From the NCBI GenBank assembly GCA_963674735.2, contig CAXXQS010000002.1, forward strand, positions 1,344,001 to 1,408,000: 64,000 nt of DNA. Direction: 5' to 3'. The stretch comes from Myxococcota bacterium (GTDB lineage: Bacteria; Myxococcota_A; SURF-8). The notes below the pieces were generated by a model. That model was not told where the DNA came from, ran no database searches, and was given only the letters and a program-made list of their open reading frames with translations. Position numbers and translations under genes: made by a program. This document shows, in pieces, positions 19,303 through 29,571 of the stretch; positions within the stretch are counted from its first letter, which is position 1; each line of letters opens with the position of its first letter.

Positions 19303-20127
19303 GTGCGGAACCATAACCGCCAGTTAAACGCAGAGGGAACCCCGCAAGAGGTTCCCTCTTTTTTTCGATGGTTGAGACGCATCGGGCGCGCCGCCGCCGA
19401 TTTGGTTTATCCGGTCACCTGTCCTCACTGTCGCCGCTACCTCGCTCGCGACGACCCCTGGCCGCTGTGTCATGAATGCCAATTGTTGATCGAACCTCTG
19501 GCCGGGTCGTTGTGTCCGATTTGCGGCCATCCCGCCCCTTCTGGCACGCTGTGTCAGGCTTGCGAAGCGGGTCGGACCCCCGAACCCTCCATCCGCCTCC
19601 GTTCCGTCGCCCGTTACGCTGGTCCGGTGCGATCCGCCATTCTGGCCGCCAAAGCCGGAGGACGTCAGGATATCGCCCGTCGTTTGGGCGATCCGCTGCT
19701 CTCGCTGGTGCCGCCCTTGATCGATGAACCGTCCAAGGCGGTTTTCGTGCCGGTTCCGCTGCACCCTATCCGTCGTCGGCAGCGAGGCTTCAATTTGACC
19801 GATGATATGGCACGGACCGTGGCGGCGGGTGTCGGTGCGCGCAGTCGCCCCGGATGGTTGCGCCGTACGCAGAACACCGCCTCGCAGGTGGGTAAATCGT
19901 TGGAAGAACGGGTGGCGAATGTGGCGGGAGCGTTTGCCTGTCCACGTCCGGAGTCCGTGGTCGGATCGCGGGTGGTGCTGGTGGACGATGTCGCCACCAC
20001 GGCCGCGACCCTGGCCGCTTGCGCCCGGCCGCTGCTCGATGCCGGAGCATCCGAGGTGGTGGGCATCACGCTGGCGCGCGCGCTCAGTCCGTTAGCCGAC
20101 CGTCGCCGCCGGAAGCAGTCGGTTTAA
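19303..20127 (+). CDS. comF: ComF family competence protein (double zinc ribbon + PRTase)
   Basis: YPVTCPHC..LCHEC..CPICG..CQAC; VPVPLH..RRRQRGFN; VVLVDDVATT; exact start uncertain. Confidence 0.9.
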   Translation: MRNHNRQLNAEGTPQEVPSFFRWLRRIGRAAADLVYPVTCPHCRRYLARDDPWPLCHECQLLIEPLAGSLCPICGHPAPSGTLCQACEAGRTPEPSIRLRSVARYAGPVRSAILAAKAGGRQDIARRLGDPLLSLVPPLIDEPSKAVFVPVPLHPIRRRQRGFNLTDDMARTVAAGVGARSRPGWLRRTQNTASQVGKSLEERVANVAGAFACPRPESVVGSRVVLVDDVATTAATLAACARPLLDAGASEVVGITLARALSPLADRRRRKQSV

Positions 20128-20141
20128 CCCTTCAAAGCTAC

Positions 20142-21479
20142 CTAGAAATTCGCGATATCATCAATGAATTCGGGGCGGTCGATAAAGGGATTGCGGTTGT
20201 TCTGGTAGCTTTCGATGGCGTCGTTACGAGCCTCTTCGTAATCGGATGGCGGATCGTTCCGATTCCAGGCTTTCAGCGTGGTTTCCTGGGCGCTGTCCAC
20301 CGCCATGTTGTAGCGAACGGAGAAGTAGAATATCGCGCGTGCCACGTCGCCTTTGTGGACATCGCGCGGTTCAAAGCATTTATTGCCACTGGCATCCCAG
20401 CCCAGCTTGCTTCCGCTATCCTGCCAATCCACCGTGACGACGTTGCAGAACGGCAAGTTGCTGCGGCGGCTGTTGGCGGTGGATTTGGTGGGAAAAAGAT
20501 GAAAGATGTCGGAGCGGGCCGGTTCGGAACCGGCACCCAGGCTTTGCGGCCAAGAATGCTCGGTGTTCATCAACGTGGAGTTCGGAACGCCGTCGGTGCT
20601 GACCAGCAGGCCGGTATAGACGCACTCCACCTGGCCGTTATGATTGTCGATATCGCTGTATATGGCGTCTTTGGCGTTGTCGTAACCCAGGCTGTGATGC
20701 CCGTCGATGCGCGATTCGAGACAGGCTCGCAAGGTGGAATCGGACAGGTCGTCGCAAGCGCTGAAACCGGTGTTATTGTTGTCCCAGTCGAAGTCGCCAT
20801 CGGTCTCATCGCCATCGGTCTCATCGCCATCGGTCTCATCGCCGTCGGTCTCATCGCCGTCGGTCTCATCCCCATCCGGGTCGTCGCCGTCCGGTTCGAA
20901 CACGCATTCACCTTCCTCGCAAACGGAATCGGCCGGGCAGGTCGCCGTGTCGTCGTAGGCGTTACCATATTCGTTGCAGCGGCCGCGTGTCTGAGCGTCG
21001 ACGCAGGTGTTTTCACCGGGGATGCAGATCCACTCTTCCGGTACGCACTGGCCCGACAGGCATTGTTCGTTCAAGCCGCAACGTTGCGGGTCGGAGAAGT
21101 CGGAACCGGCGTCGTTGCATTGCCAACGGGCGGTATCGTCGAAGCACTCCCACTGGCCGGGCGAGCAAACGGCTTCAGCCTCGCGGCATTGACCGGCCTG
21201 ACAGACTTCGTTATCGGCGCAAAGGGCGAGGTTTTCGTAATCGCTTCCGTTTTCATTGCAGCGCCAGCGGGAATAGTCGTCGTAACAGAACCACACACCG
21301 GGTGTGCAGAGATCGCCGATTTCGGTGCCGTCCGTATCCTGGTCGCCATCGGCGCCGGATCCATCGCCATCGGGGTCGTCGCCGTCGCTTGTGTTGGAAT
21401 CGAGGTCATCCCCGCTGCAGGCGGTCAGGGTCATCAGGAAAAGGGCCATCCACATCCACAGTCGCCAGGTACTCTGCAT
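20142..21479 (-). CDS. lipoprotein endonuclease I family nuclease with Cys-rich repeats
   Basis: Lipobox LTAC; MNTEHSWPQS, SDIFHLFP, NSRRSN, FEPRDVHKGDVARAIFYF, NRNPFIDRPE. Confidence 0.92.
   Translation of the reverse strand: MQSTWRLWMWMALFLMTLTACSGDDLDSNTSDGDDPDGDGSGADGDQDTDGTEIGDLCTPGVWFCYDDYSRWRCNENGSDYENLALCADNEVCQAGQCREAEAVCSPGQWECFDDTARWQCNDAGSDFSDPQRCGLNEQCLSGQCVPEEWICIPGENTCVDAQTRGRCNEYGNAYDDTATCPADSVCEEGECVFEPDGDDPDGDETDGDETDGDETDGDETDGDETDGDFDWDNNNTGFSACDDLSDSTLRACLESRIDGHHSLGYDNAKDAIYSDIDNHNGQVECVYTGLLVSTDGVPNSTLMNTEHSWPQSLGAGSEPARSDIFHLFPTKSTANSRRSNLPFCNVVTVDWQDSGSKLGWDASGNKCFEPRDVHKGDVARAIFYFSVRYNMAVDSAQETTLKAWNRNDPPSDYEEARNDAIESYQNNRNPFIDRPEFIDDIANF
20793..20897 (-). repeat. 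15-bp coding tandem repeat (DGDET/DGDDP, ~7 units)
   Basis: (A/G)TCGCC(A/G)TCGGTCTC units read on + strand. Confidence 0.9.
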
Positions 21480-21648
21480 CACATCCTCATCCATTCATAT
21501 GTGGCCACCGGCCCCACCAACCGACGAATTTACGCCGCTCATCGGTCTGTGTCCAGCAAAAGTGACGGATATTGATGAATTGCCGTGACAGCCATTCGAG
21601 CCCGCGTTATGGTGAGTGGAGCGCGACAACACGAGGCAAGGGACCACC

Positions 21649-23061
21649 ATGCGTGTGCTGTGGATACACCCGCCGTTGCGGGTTCATACTCAACATATCG
21701 ATTATCCGGCGTTTGCCTCGCTGGCCGTGTGGCAGAATGCGGCCCATTTGGCCGCTTGCGGTCATTCCGTCGACGTTCTCGACGCCTTCGCCTTGCCGAC
21801 GGCGGATCGTCGCGACGATCCGCCCTATTTCGTACTGGGTGCAACCCTTGACGAGATGGAATCGCGGATTGCCGAGGCGCGTTTCGAGGTGGCCATCCTG
21901 CACCTGGGAGCTTTCAGCGTCCAGAATCCCGACCCGGCGTTGCTATGGCGTCTAGTGGCCGCCTGCCGTGCCGGGTGCCCCGACGCTCCGGTGATTTTCG
22001 CCGATGCGCATATTGGAGGCATGAATTACGTCGCCTACGATCCCGGACGCTACCTGACGCATCCCAATCGGCCCGATTGGCTGGTGCGCTACGAGGGGGA
22101 AGTCGCGCTTGCATCCCTACTCGATACCTTGGAAAAGCACCCGTCCGATTCTCCGTTGCGTGCGCAACCCATCGATGGTCGTCCGTTGAAAGGGCCGTTG
22201 TCCGCCTATGGCGGCGAAGTCTACAGGCAGGTGGATCTGCGCGCCTACCGTGCCTTTCTTGCTCGGGCGCTTGCCGCCGATACGCGTCCCAACCCCTTTG
22301 CCGCGACGCCCGGTACTTTGCCGTTCAAGGCCAGCCGCGGTTGTTGCTTCGCCTGTCGTTTCTGCACCAGCAATCCTGCGGCGGCGGCGGGCATTCCGCG
22401 CGAATGGCGACCGCTGGATGGCCCGGATCTGGAGGCGCAACTGGCCGCTTTCGCGGCGCTGGAAGGGGTCGACAAGCTGTGGGTGCTCGATGAGGCGGCC
22501 AACGTGGGGCGGGAACACTTCGACCGGTTGCTGGATGGAGCGATTCGGCACGGCCTGAAACTGGAATTTCCCAACGGATTACGCGCCGATAAGCTTTCTC
22601 GCGAGCAGGTTGCGAAGTTGGCCGGGCTCATCTCGCGTCTGTCTCTGTCGCCCGAATCGGGATCACCGGGTGTGCTCGACCGCCTGATTCACAAACACCA
22701 GAGCCTGGAGCGTGTGGAGGAAGTGGCCCGTTGGGCGCAGGAAGACGGCTTGCCGGTGGGGCTGCATTTCATGGTCGGTTTTCCGGGTGAAAGCGCCGAA
22801 GATATTCGCAGCACGTTTTTCGTTGCCCGTGACCTTTACGTCCGTACCGGGGCGGAACCCTGGGTGCAGTTCGTCGTGGCGCTGCCGGGGACGGCTGTCT
22901 TTGAAACGTGCCGTAAAAACGGTTGGTTACCGGACTCCTTGCCCATCGATTACAACCCGCTTTTTCAGGATACTCCCATGCTGAAAGACGGGGCTTGCGG
23001 CCTGTCCAATACCGAACTGATTAACTTAAAACGAGCGTTGATGCGCGATCTGGGTTTTTGA
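21649..23061 (+). CDS. B12-binding domain radical SAM enzyme
   Basis: RVLWIHPP N-terminus, ASRGCCFACRFC (CxxxCxxC), PESGS, FMVGFPGES, LPGT. Confidence 0.88.
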   Translation: MRVLWIHPPLRVHTQHIDYPAFASLAVWQNAAHLAACGHSVDVLDAFALPTADRRDDPPYFVLGATLDEMESRIAEARFEVAILHLGAFSVQNPDPALLWRLVAACRAGCPDAPVIFADAHIGGMNYVAYDPGRYLTHPNRPDWLVRYEGEVALASLLDTLEKHPSDSPLRAQPIDGRPLKGPLSAYGGEVYRQVDLRAYRAFLARALAADTRPNPFAATPGTLPFKASRGCCFACRFCTSNPAAAAGIPREWRPLDGPDLEAQLAAFAALEGVDKLWVLDEAANVGREHFDRLLDGAIRHGLKLEFPNGLRADKLSREQVAKLAGLISRLSLSPESGSPGVLDRLIHKHQSLERVEEVARWAQEDGLPVGLHFMVGFPGESAEDIRSTFFVARDLYVRTGAEPWVQFVVALPGTAVFETCRKNGWLPDSLPIDYNPLFQDTPMLKDGACGLSNTELINLKRALMRDLGF

Positions 23062-23063
23062 TT

Positions 23064-24878
23064 TCAGGCCAACAACAGCACTTGAGATAGACTGATGGCC
23101 CCTTGCGGGTCGAGGCGTTTCACCTGTGTGCTTATTTGTCCGAGAACCAAGACGCTCCGCTGCGCCCATTCCCCCGCCAAATACCGAGTGGTTTCCGGCT
23201 CTTCGGAAGTGATCGGCTTCAGCCAGTCGCCGATCCGCCGCGCCACATCGGCCTGCAGATGGAAAGAGTTTCCCTGAGGTTCCAGATGTGTTTCGAGGAA
23301 ATGCGTGAAATCCTCACGGTTTATCGGTGTGTAGGCCAGCTCTTTTCCCGCCGTCGCATTAACGTAAAGGGTGAGGAAGAGTTTGACGAAGCGCAAATCC
23401 GGGTCGAGCGGGTCGAGCCCGATGTCGACGATACCCTTCACCACTTTTTTGGGATCGACAGCCAGGATACGGAAGTGGAGATCGAAGAGAAATTCGAGAC
23501 GCGTCAGCAGCAGCTTGGCGCGCTCCAGTTCACTCAAATTGGTAAACGGGCGGCTGATCATCGCGCCATCGCCTTCCGCGCCTGCAAAATAGAGCGGGGG
23601 CTGGCGCATCAGGCCTTGCAGCACTTCGCGCGTAGGGGAGGAAATAAGTTTCAGCGCCCCGCGTCCGGTGGGGGTGACGTAGCGTTCCTGAAACGCTGCC
23701 GCGCGACGATGTAAAAGACGAATGAGGCTGTAGCCGACCCGGAAGGCCTGGCTAAAGGGAATTTGTGTGGCAAGGGCCTCTCCCTGCGCGACATCACCCT
23801 CGGCCAGGTATTCCATCCCCAGAGAGAGAGTCCGGTGCGCTTCGTCGAGGGCGTCACGGATGCGATCGAGATCGTGAATGCTTTTACGGGCGACGATCAA
23901 CCGATTGGCCAGGAGCACCAGTTCTCCCCGCCAGGTTTCACGCAGGCTGGAGTCGGCCCCACTCAGTATTCGGGTCAGGAAACTCTCGGCTTCCAGCAGG
24001 TGTCCGTAATAAGCGGGTAACTGAACGTCGTCGGAGGTTAGCCGTGTTTTACGCGGCTGTTCCTGCTGCCACTGTTTTTTCGCCGTTTCGGGATTTAGCG
24101 GAGCGAACAGCTGCAAGGCATCGAGGTATTCGGGATAGCCGTGATCGCTTAATCGGTCACAGTGCGCACGATAGGCCAACTCCTCGACATTCGAAGACAT
24201 TTCCCACAATATCACCTCCATCAGGTAGCGATAGAGCGGATAATCGATTTTATAGAGCATCTGCAAAAAGACCGCCAGCCGTTCGCTTTGGGTGGACTCG
24301 GGGTCGATCAGTTCGAAAAGATAGAGATCGTCGAATGAAAACAGGCTGTCGTCGTCGATGTAGTTACGGTCTTCGTACCATTCGTAGCGGTGCACCTGGA
24401 TGTGTTTGGAAAGCATCAAAACGACGATTTCCGGATCGATTTCACGGAGTTTGAAGACGGCTTGTTCCGGGTCGAGCTGCATGAGGTAGCCGAACCAATC
24501 CAGCATTTCGGAGGCATCGAGCGTATCCGCTTCCCAGCAGGTCATATCGAAAATATGGGTGATCTGGGCCGGGGCGGCCTCGAAAAGAAGATCGACCGCG
24601 TCGGTGCGTCCGGCGGCTTCCATGGTGAAGAACAGGTCTTCGGGCGAGAGCGAGCGAACCAGTTCCGGCCAATCTTCGGCTGCGCGCAGCAACTGGTATT
24701 TTTTACGGTAATCCAGCCGGGAAATCAGCTCCTGGCGCTCGAGCGGCGTCAAGGCGTTGATGGCTTCGTCGGTCATATCGAGGTTGGCGAAGGTGGGAAA
24801 CAAGTCTCGAATGGCCGAATCGGTCAAATGGCGACCCTCGCCGACGAGGCTCAGCTTACTTTTTTTCTCATCACTCAT
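23064..24878 (-). CDS. DUF6178-like helical protein
   Basis: LVRSLSPEDLF...D..CW, E..YR....RL.D.GYP..LDAL pattern recalled from deltaproteobacterial DUF6178 proteins. Confidence 0.7.
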   Translation of the reverse strand: MSDEKKSKLSLVGEGRHLTDSAIRDLFPTFANLDMTDEAINALTPLERQELISRLDYRKKYQLLRAAEDWPELVRSLSPEDLFFTMEAAGRTDAVDLLFEAAPAQITHIFDMTCWEADTLDASEMLDWFGYLMQLDPEQAVFKLREIDPEIVVLMLSKHIQVHRYEWYEDRNYIDDDSLFSFDDLYLFELIDPESTQSERLAVFLQMLYKIDYPLYRYLMEVILWEMSSNVEELAYRAHCDRLSDHGYPEYLDALQLFAPLNPETAKKQWQQEQPRKTRLTSDDVQLPAYYGHLLEAESFLTRILSGADSSLRETWRGELVLLANRLIVARKSIHDLDRIRDALDEAHRTLSLGMEYLAEGDVAQGEALATQIPFSQAFRVGYSLIRLLHRRAAAFQERYVTPTGRGALKLISSPTREVLQGLMRQPPLYFAGAEGDGAMISRPFTNLSELERAKLLLTRLEFLFDLHFRILAVDPKKVVKGIVDIGLDPLDPDLRFVKLFLTLYVNATAGKELAYTPINREDFTHFLETHLEPQGNSFHLQADVARRIGDWLKPITSEEPETTRYLAGEWAQRSVLVLGQISTQVKRLDPQGAISLSQVLLLA

Positions 24879-25151
24879 CGTGGCACGCTCCGTAAGGATG
24901 ACTGCCTGCATACAATGGCGATTCCACGGGGTTTGTCAAGCTGATTCGGGGATGATTTCAATGAAAACGCTTCCCCGAATCCATAAAAAATCGGTGATTT
25001 TCGGATGCGGTCGGTCTTAATTGTTTTGCCTCAACCCAAAAAAGAGTTTGCACACAGCCGTTTCATGTTGTATGGGGTGGAATGAATCGGGCGCACGATC
25101 CGATCTATAAATTGACTGATCGTCCGAGGCAAAAACAACGGGAGACATAGT

Positions 25152-25658
25152 ATGCAGATTGATCGCAATTGCCTGGTGGTGTTTGAATATGTCCTGCGCG
25201 ACGAGGACGGCAACTTGGTTGAAGCCTCGCGGATTGACGAATCGCCTTCCTACATTCACGGTTATCGTCAACTGATTCCGGGTTTGGAACGCCAGATGGA
25301 AGGGCATGAACCGGGGGATCGTTTCACTTGTGAAGTCAAACCCCAGGAAGCATATGGCATGCGTGATGACTCGCTGGTCGTGACCGTGCCGCTAAGCGAG
25401 ATTCCCGATGAAGTGGAACTGAAAATCGGCGATAGCTTCGATGCCGTGAACGAGCAGGGTCATACCATCAAGCTGCAGGTTAAATCCATTGGGGATAGCG
25501 ATGTTTTGCTGGATGCCAACCACGCGTTGGCCGGGAAAACGCTGCATTACGACATCACCATCAAAGATGTGCATCCCGCCACCGAGCAAGAATTGATGGA
25601 AGTCGGCGAGCCGCTTTTCGGTATCGAAGACCCGAATCTGGACAAAAGCAAAAACTAG
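25152..25658 (+). CDS. slyD: FKBP-type peptidyl-prolyl isomerase SlyD (no His-rich tail)
   Basis: YIHGYRQLIPGLE, PQEAYG, LDANHALAGKTLHY, PATEQEL. Confidence 0.93.
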   Translation: MQIDRNCLVVFEYVLRDEDGNLVEASRIDESPSYIHGYRQLIPGLERQMEGHEPGDRFTCEVKPQEAYGMRDDSLVVTVPLSEIPDEVELKIGDSFDAVNEQGHTIKLQVKSIGDSDVLLDANHALAGKTLHYDITIKDVHPATEQELMEVGEPLFGIEDPNLDKSKN

Positions 25659-25792
25659 ACGCGTGTCCCGGTTGTCGTTGGCTGTTTCTTAAATAAGACT
25701 TGCTTCGAGCCCCGATTGGCTGCCGTAGAGGTTGGGTTGGTCGGGGTTTTTCTATTTCGGTCGGTTTCGTTCGAGACGGAGATGCGAGCGGC

Positions 25793-26335
25793 TCAGCCAC
25801 CGATAAAGGAAACGCTGGCGGCGGCGGTGAGCAGTCCCAGAACGGCGCCGGCGGCGACATCCACGGGGAAATGGCGTTCTTTCACCACCCGCGATCCGCC
25901 GATCAAGGCCGCTCCGGCCAGCAAAGCTATCCACGCTAGAGGGGTGGCGAAGAAAAATCCGAACAATGCCGCCAGATTGAAACTTCGGGCCGAATGGATG
26001 GACGGAAACGAGCCTGCATCCACATAATGGAAATAAGCTTTGCAGTTTTTCCATTTCAGAAACATCCACACCTGCCAGAGGCGGAAAGGCCGAGCGGGCC
26101 GATGTCCTTCGGGGTTATCGGGGCGCGGTTTGAAACGATAGACCTTGTAGGTGTTGCTGACGAGGGTAATGATCGCCAGATCGACCAGCGCCACCCACCC
26201 GAGGGTTCGGTCGACGAAGAAAGCCAGTCCGATCAGCAAAATACCGGCGACCAGGGTTCCCCAGAAGCTGATGAATTCCCAGATGATTTTGTTCAGCAAA
26301 CCGACGTCCTTTCCATGGATGAGCGTCTCAGACAC
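25793..26335 (-). CDS. PAP2 family phosphatase (possible undecaprenyl-PP phosphatase)
   Basis: K....KPRP, SFPSIHS, SRV..ERHFPVDV..G; GTG start overlapping YitT stop. Confidence 0.88.
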   Translation of the reverse strand: MSETLIHGKDVGLLNKIIWEFISFWGTLVAGILLIGLAFFVDRTLGWVALVDLAIITLVSNTYKVYRFKPRPDNPEGHRPARPFRLWQVWMFLKWKNCKAYFHYVDAGSFPSIHSARSFNLAALFGFFFATPLAWIALLAGAALIGGSRVVKERHFPVDVAAGAVLGLLTAAASVSFIGG

Positions 26336-27242
26336 GCGGCCGGAATCCTTCACCCAGCACTTCGTATACCTGGGTGATGATGATGAAGGCTTTGCGGTCG
26401 ATCTTCTTGACGATTTTCGTGAGGTCGGGCAGCTCTTTGCGCGTGATGACGCAGAAGATCAGTTCCCGTTCACGGTTGGTGTAGAGACCGCGGCCTTTGA
26501 GCGCCGTGCCGCCGCGGCCGAGGTTGTGCAGGATGGCGTCGGACACCTCGTTCATGCGTGAGGTGATGATGAACACGCCGCGCGCGTAGTCCATGCCTTC
26601 CATGATGGCGTCGATGACACGCGAGGAAATCCACAGCGACAACAGGCCGTACATGGCCAGGTCGGCATTGCGGAAACAGATTCCGGCCACCAGAATGATC
26701 AGGGTGTTCAAAATCAGGATGGCCGAGCCATGCTTGAAATTGGTATAACGTGCGATGATCCGGGCGATGGTGCCCGAGCCGGAGGTCGCGCCGCCCATTT
26801 TGATGATGAGGCCGAGGCCGACGCCCATCACGACGCCGCCGAAGACGGGAGCCAGCATGGGGTCGCCGATGTCCACGTGTAAATGGCAGATTTCGTTGGT
26901 GAGATCGGTGAACAGCGAAATCATGACAGTGCCGTAGAGGCTTTTAAAGCCGAAGCTGGTTCCCAAAAGGCGGGTTCCGGCAATGAAAATCGGAATATTG
27001 AACAGCAACAGCGTCAGGCCGGCCGGCCAGCCGAGCAGGTGATTCAACACCACCACCAGACCGGAAATACCACCCGGGGCGATTTTGTAGGGCAGCATGA
27101 AGAGGGTCATCGAGAGGCCGAAAATCGCCGCACCGATCGTAATGACCGCGTATTGCAGGGCGATTTCCTTGGCGGAGCCGGTCCATAGATCGCGCTTGTC
27201 GCGAACTTCTCCCAGGCGTCCCGATATGATTTCGTCACTCAT
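26328..27242 (-). CDS. YitT family membrane protein (DUF161/DUF2179)
   Basis: IAPGGISG, NIPIF, GATSG, LGRGGT...GRGLYT, IDRKAFIII..VYEVLGEGF. Confidence 0.92.
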   Translation of the reverse strand: MSDEIISGRLGEVRDKRDLWTGSAKEIALQYAVITIGAAIFGLSMTLFMLPYKIAPGGISGLVVVLNHLLGWPAGLTLLLFNIPIFIAGTRLLGTSFGFKSLYGTVMISLFTDLTNEICHLHVDIGDPMLAPVFGGVVMGVGLGLIIKMGGATSGSGTIARIIARYTNFKHGSAILILNTLIILVAGICFRNADLAMYGLLSLWISSRVIDAIMEGMDYARGVFIITSRMNEVSDAILHNLGRGGTALKGRGLYTNRERELIFCVITRKELPDLTKIVKKIDRKAFIIITQVYEVLGEGFRPRV

Positions 27243-28096
27243 GATTCATCTTTTCCCGGCCATCCGGCCAGAATGAGAACAATCGCGAATACCAGTACCC
27301 AAGGTGTCGCCGTGAGTAGCAGGCGGCGGATAATCAAATCCCTTACCACGCGTCCGCCGTCTCCCTGTGTCTGGACGATCACCGACAGAATGCGCGCGCC
27401 ACCGAGTCCGTCGAAGGGAATCAGGCGCGCATGATCGTTCAGCGCCTCCGTAGCGGGGGCCGCGTTCGGATCGATGACGTCTTGCAGCGCGACCCCGAGC
27501 CGCAACGCCGCCGCCTCAAGATCGGAACGATAGACGTTCGACTTGGCCAGCACCCACAGTCGTCCGCCCGCCACCGGTTCCGCCACGGCGAACGTCGCCA
27601 GCGGGGCGTCGCCGACGGATTCCAATCCATGGGCGATGCGTCCACCGGGGGGTGCCATGAGCGCATCGGCGGTAGCCGCTTTGGCCAGTTCCAGCCGAGC
27701 CGGATCGACCAACCCCACCCGGGCGGTATCCGGGTAAAGGGAACGAAGGAGCCCTGAATGATCGATTAAGACCAGATTGTCAAGAGAAAAACGTTGGGTC
27801 AGCCGTTTTGCCAGTCCGACTTCTCCATTTTGGGGAGTCTCGCGAGTGGCCATAGCGGTGACATCGGGGTCCTCGGCCAGGGTTTTGAGACGCTTGCGGA
27901 AGGTGTGGGTGTCGTGTTTCAGCGTTTCCGGCAGCGCGGCCACCGCCCGTTCGAGACGGCTTTGCGCTTCGCGGCGCATGACTTCGTCGGCTGCGTCGGG
28001 CAGGGTGGTGAACAAAACGACCAACAGGCCCAGCAGGCCGACCAAGGCGAGGACATTCATCCAACGCAAGCGGGCGGCCGGTGTCAAGCGTGCCAT
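27239..28096 (-). CDS. two-TM protein with periplasmic sensor-like domain, no cytoplasmic output
   Basis: TM1, ~220-aa extracytoplasmic region, TM2 then 8-aa tail; coupled to neighbours. Confidence 0.65.
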   Translation of the reverse strand: MARLTPAARLRWMNVLALVGLLGLLVVLFTTLPDAADEVMRREAQSRLERAVAALPETLKHDTHTFRKRLKTLAEDPDVTAMATRETPQNGEVGLAKRLTQRFSLDNLVLIDHSGLLRSLYPDTARVGLVDPARLELAKAATADALMAPPGGRIAHGLESVGDAPLATFAVAEPVAGGRLWVLAKSNVYRSDLEAAALRLGVALQDVIDPNAAPATEALNDHARLIPFDGLGGARILSVIVQTQGDGGRVVRDLIIRRLLLTATPWVLVFAIVLILAGWPGKDES

Positions 28097-29571
28097 TACA
28101 GCTTCCTCCGGTAGATATCCGCCACTTGCAAGAGGCCGAAGGCATCGAAGGGAGTGGGATTAAAGGCAGGGTCCACCCAATCCACCGCCGGGGCCAGCCG
28201 GTAAAACTCGACCGTTCCGGACGGGTCGGCGCTTTCGGTCGGGTTGAATCCGGACTCCGCCAGCTCGATCTGCCAGTGGGACTGCGTTCGCAAGCGGGCG
28301 AGTTCGGCCACTGAAAGTGCCAGAACATTCACAGGTAATCCGACTCGCTCGGTGGCCAGAGCGATGCGTTCGGCCATCAATACCAGTTCGGGTTGGTTGC
28401 GTCGCACCAGAATCAGGAAGGGATCGTCGGATTCGAACTGGGCGGCTCGTTTCGCGGCCAGTATGGGATCCGGTTTGAAGGCGGCGCAACTATGGCCGAT
28501 GGCTTGACGAAAAGCGGCGGCCATGGCTTTGAGATTGGTTTGACCCTTCTCGTGCAGCGAGGGTCCGGGCGCGAACTGGAGCGCAGGCGCTTTTTCCGAG
28601 GGGAAGGGGGCGCGCGGACGGGTTTCGAAAAGCCGGACGGTCGTTTCGCAGGCCACCAGCGAAGTCAACAACTCCGCCCAGCGTCGGGCCACGTTGGGGG
28701 GGATGGAAGGATTGGGTCGCAGCAGGATGCGGCTGGGGGAAAGGCCGATCTGCCGTCGGGTGTGTTCGCCGGAATCCAGGCGTCCACCCAGAACGGCGGA
28801 AGCCTGGCGGGCATCGAGCGCCGCTTTTTCCGCCTCCTTGGTGTCGACCGTTTCGAAGACGAGGCGATCGAGAAAAGCGCGACCGCCGTGATAGGCGGGG
28901 AATGCGTCCAGGGTGCTGCGGCTCGGCGCGAAGGTCGTCAGGCTGAAGGGGCCGGTTCCGATGGGTTGAAGAATGGGCGTGGTGGAGGCGGCCAGCCGTT
29001 CGGGCAACACGGCCAGGGCGGGGTTTGCCAGACGATGAATGAAGTCGGAGCGGCGCGCGTTCAACTCGAACAACAGTTCATAGGGGCTGACGACCTCGAT
29101 GCGGTCGAGATGGACGAGTGCAGGCGTGATCGGCGATCCCAACTCTGCTTTCCTGATGCGATTCAAACTGGCGGCGACATCGGCGGCGCGGCAGGGCGAG
29201 CCGTCGTGGAAGACGAGGCCTGTTTTCAACCAGACACGCCAGCGGCGGCCGTCGTTTTCCATCTCCCAGCGTTCCGCCAGACAGGGCAAAGCGTTGCGGC
29301 CATCGCTTTTCACCAGCGGCTCGGCGATGAGTGCGGCGGCGTGGCGTTCGCCGGTTGTCGTGGCGAAAGCCGGATCAAGCGTGTCGAACGGCTCGCTCAC
29401 CAGCAGGGTGAAGGTGCCGCCAAAGCCGGGTGGCAGCGCGGCGGATGCACCCACGAGGGTGAGCAGGCCGATGGCCAGCAGCAGCAGAGCTTGTCGGTTG
29501 ACGGTTTTGATCGGGCTCGTTCGGGTCATGCTCGTTTTGCTTTCTCGTTCTGTTGGGTGGACTTTTTTCAT
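28096..29571 (-). CDS. family 5 (peptide/nickel-type) solute-binding protein
   Basis: TLDPA, PCLAERWE, FHDGSP..AADV.ASL, PIGTGPF, GRAFLDRL. Confidence 0.85.
   Translation of the reverse strand: MKKVHPTERESKTSMTRTSPIKTVNRQALLLLAIGLLTLVGASAALPPGFGGTFTLLVSEPFDTLDPAFATTTGERHAAALIAEPLVKSDGRNALPCLAERWEMENDGRRWRVWLKTGLVFHDGSPCRAADVAASLNRIRKAELGSPITPALVHLDRIEVVSPYELLFELNARRSDFIHRLANPALAVLPERLAASTTPILQPIGTGPFSLTTFAPSRSTLDAFPAYHGGRAFLDRLVFETVDTKEAEKAALDARQASAVLGGRLDSGEHTRRQIGLSPSRILLRPNPSIPPNVARRWAELLTSLVACETTVRLFETRPRAPFPSEKAPALQFAPGPSLHEKGQTNLKAMAAAFRQAIGHSCAAFKPDPILAAKRAAQFESDDPFLILVRRNQPELVLMAERIALATERVGLPVNVLALSVAELARLRTQSHWQIELAESGFNPTESADPSGTVEFYRLAPAVDWVDPAFNPTPFDAFGLLQVADIYRRKL

Noticed and set aside
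20019-21575. 518-aa + strand ORF
   Set aside because: Antisense shadow of the endonuclease I lipoprotein, which has clear catalytic motifs
24881-24897. TGGCACG sigma54-like site
   Set aside because: No GC at the -12 position
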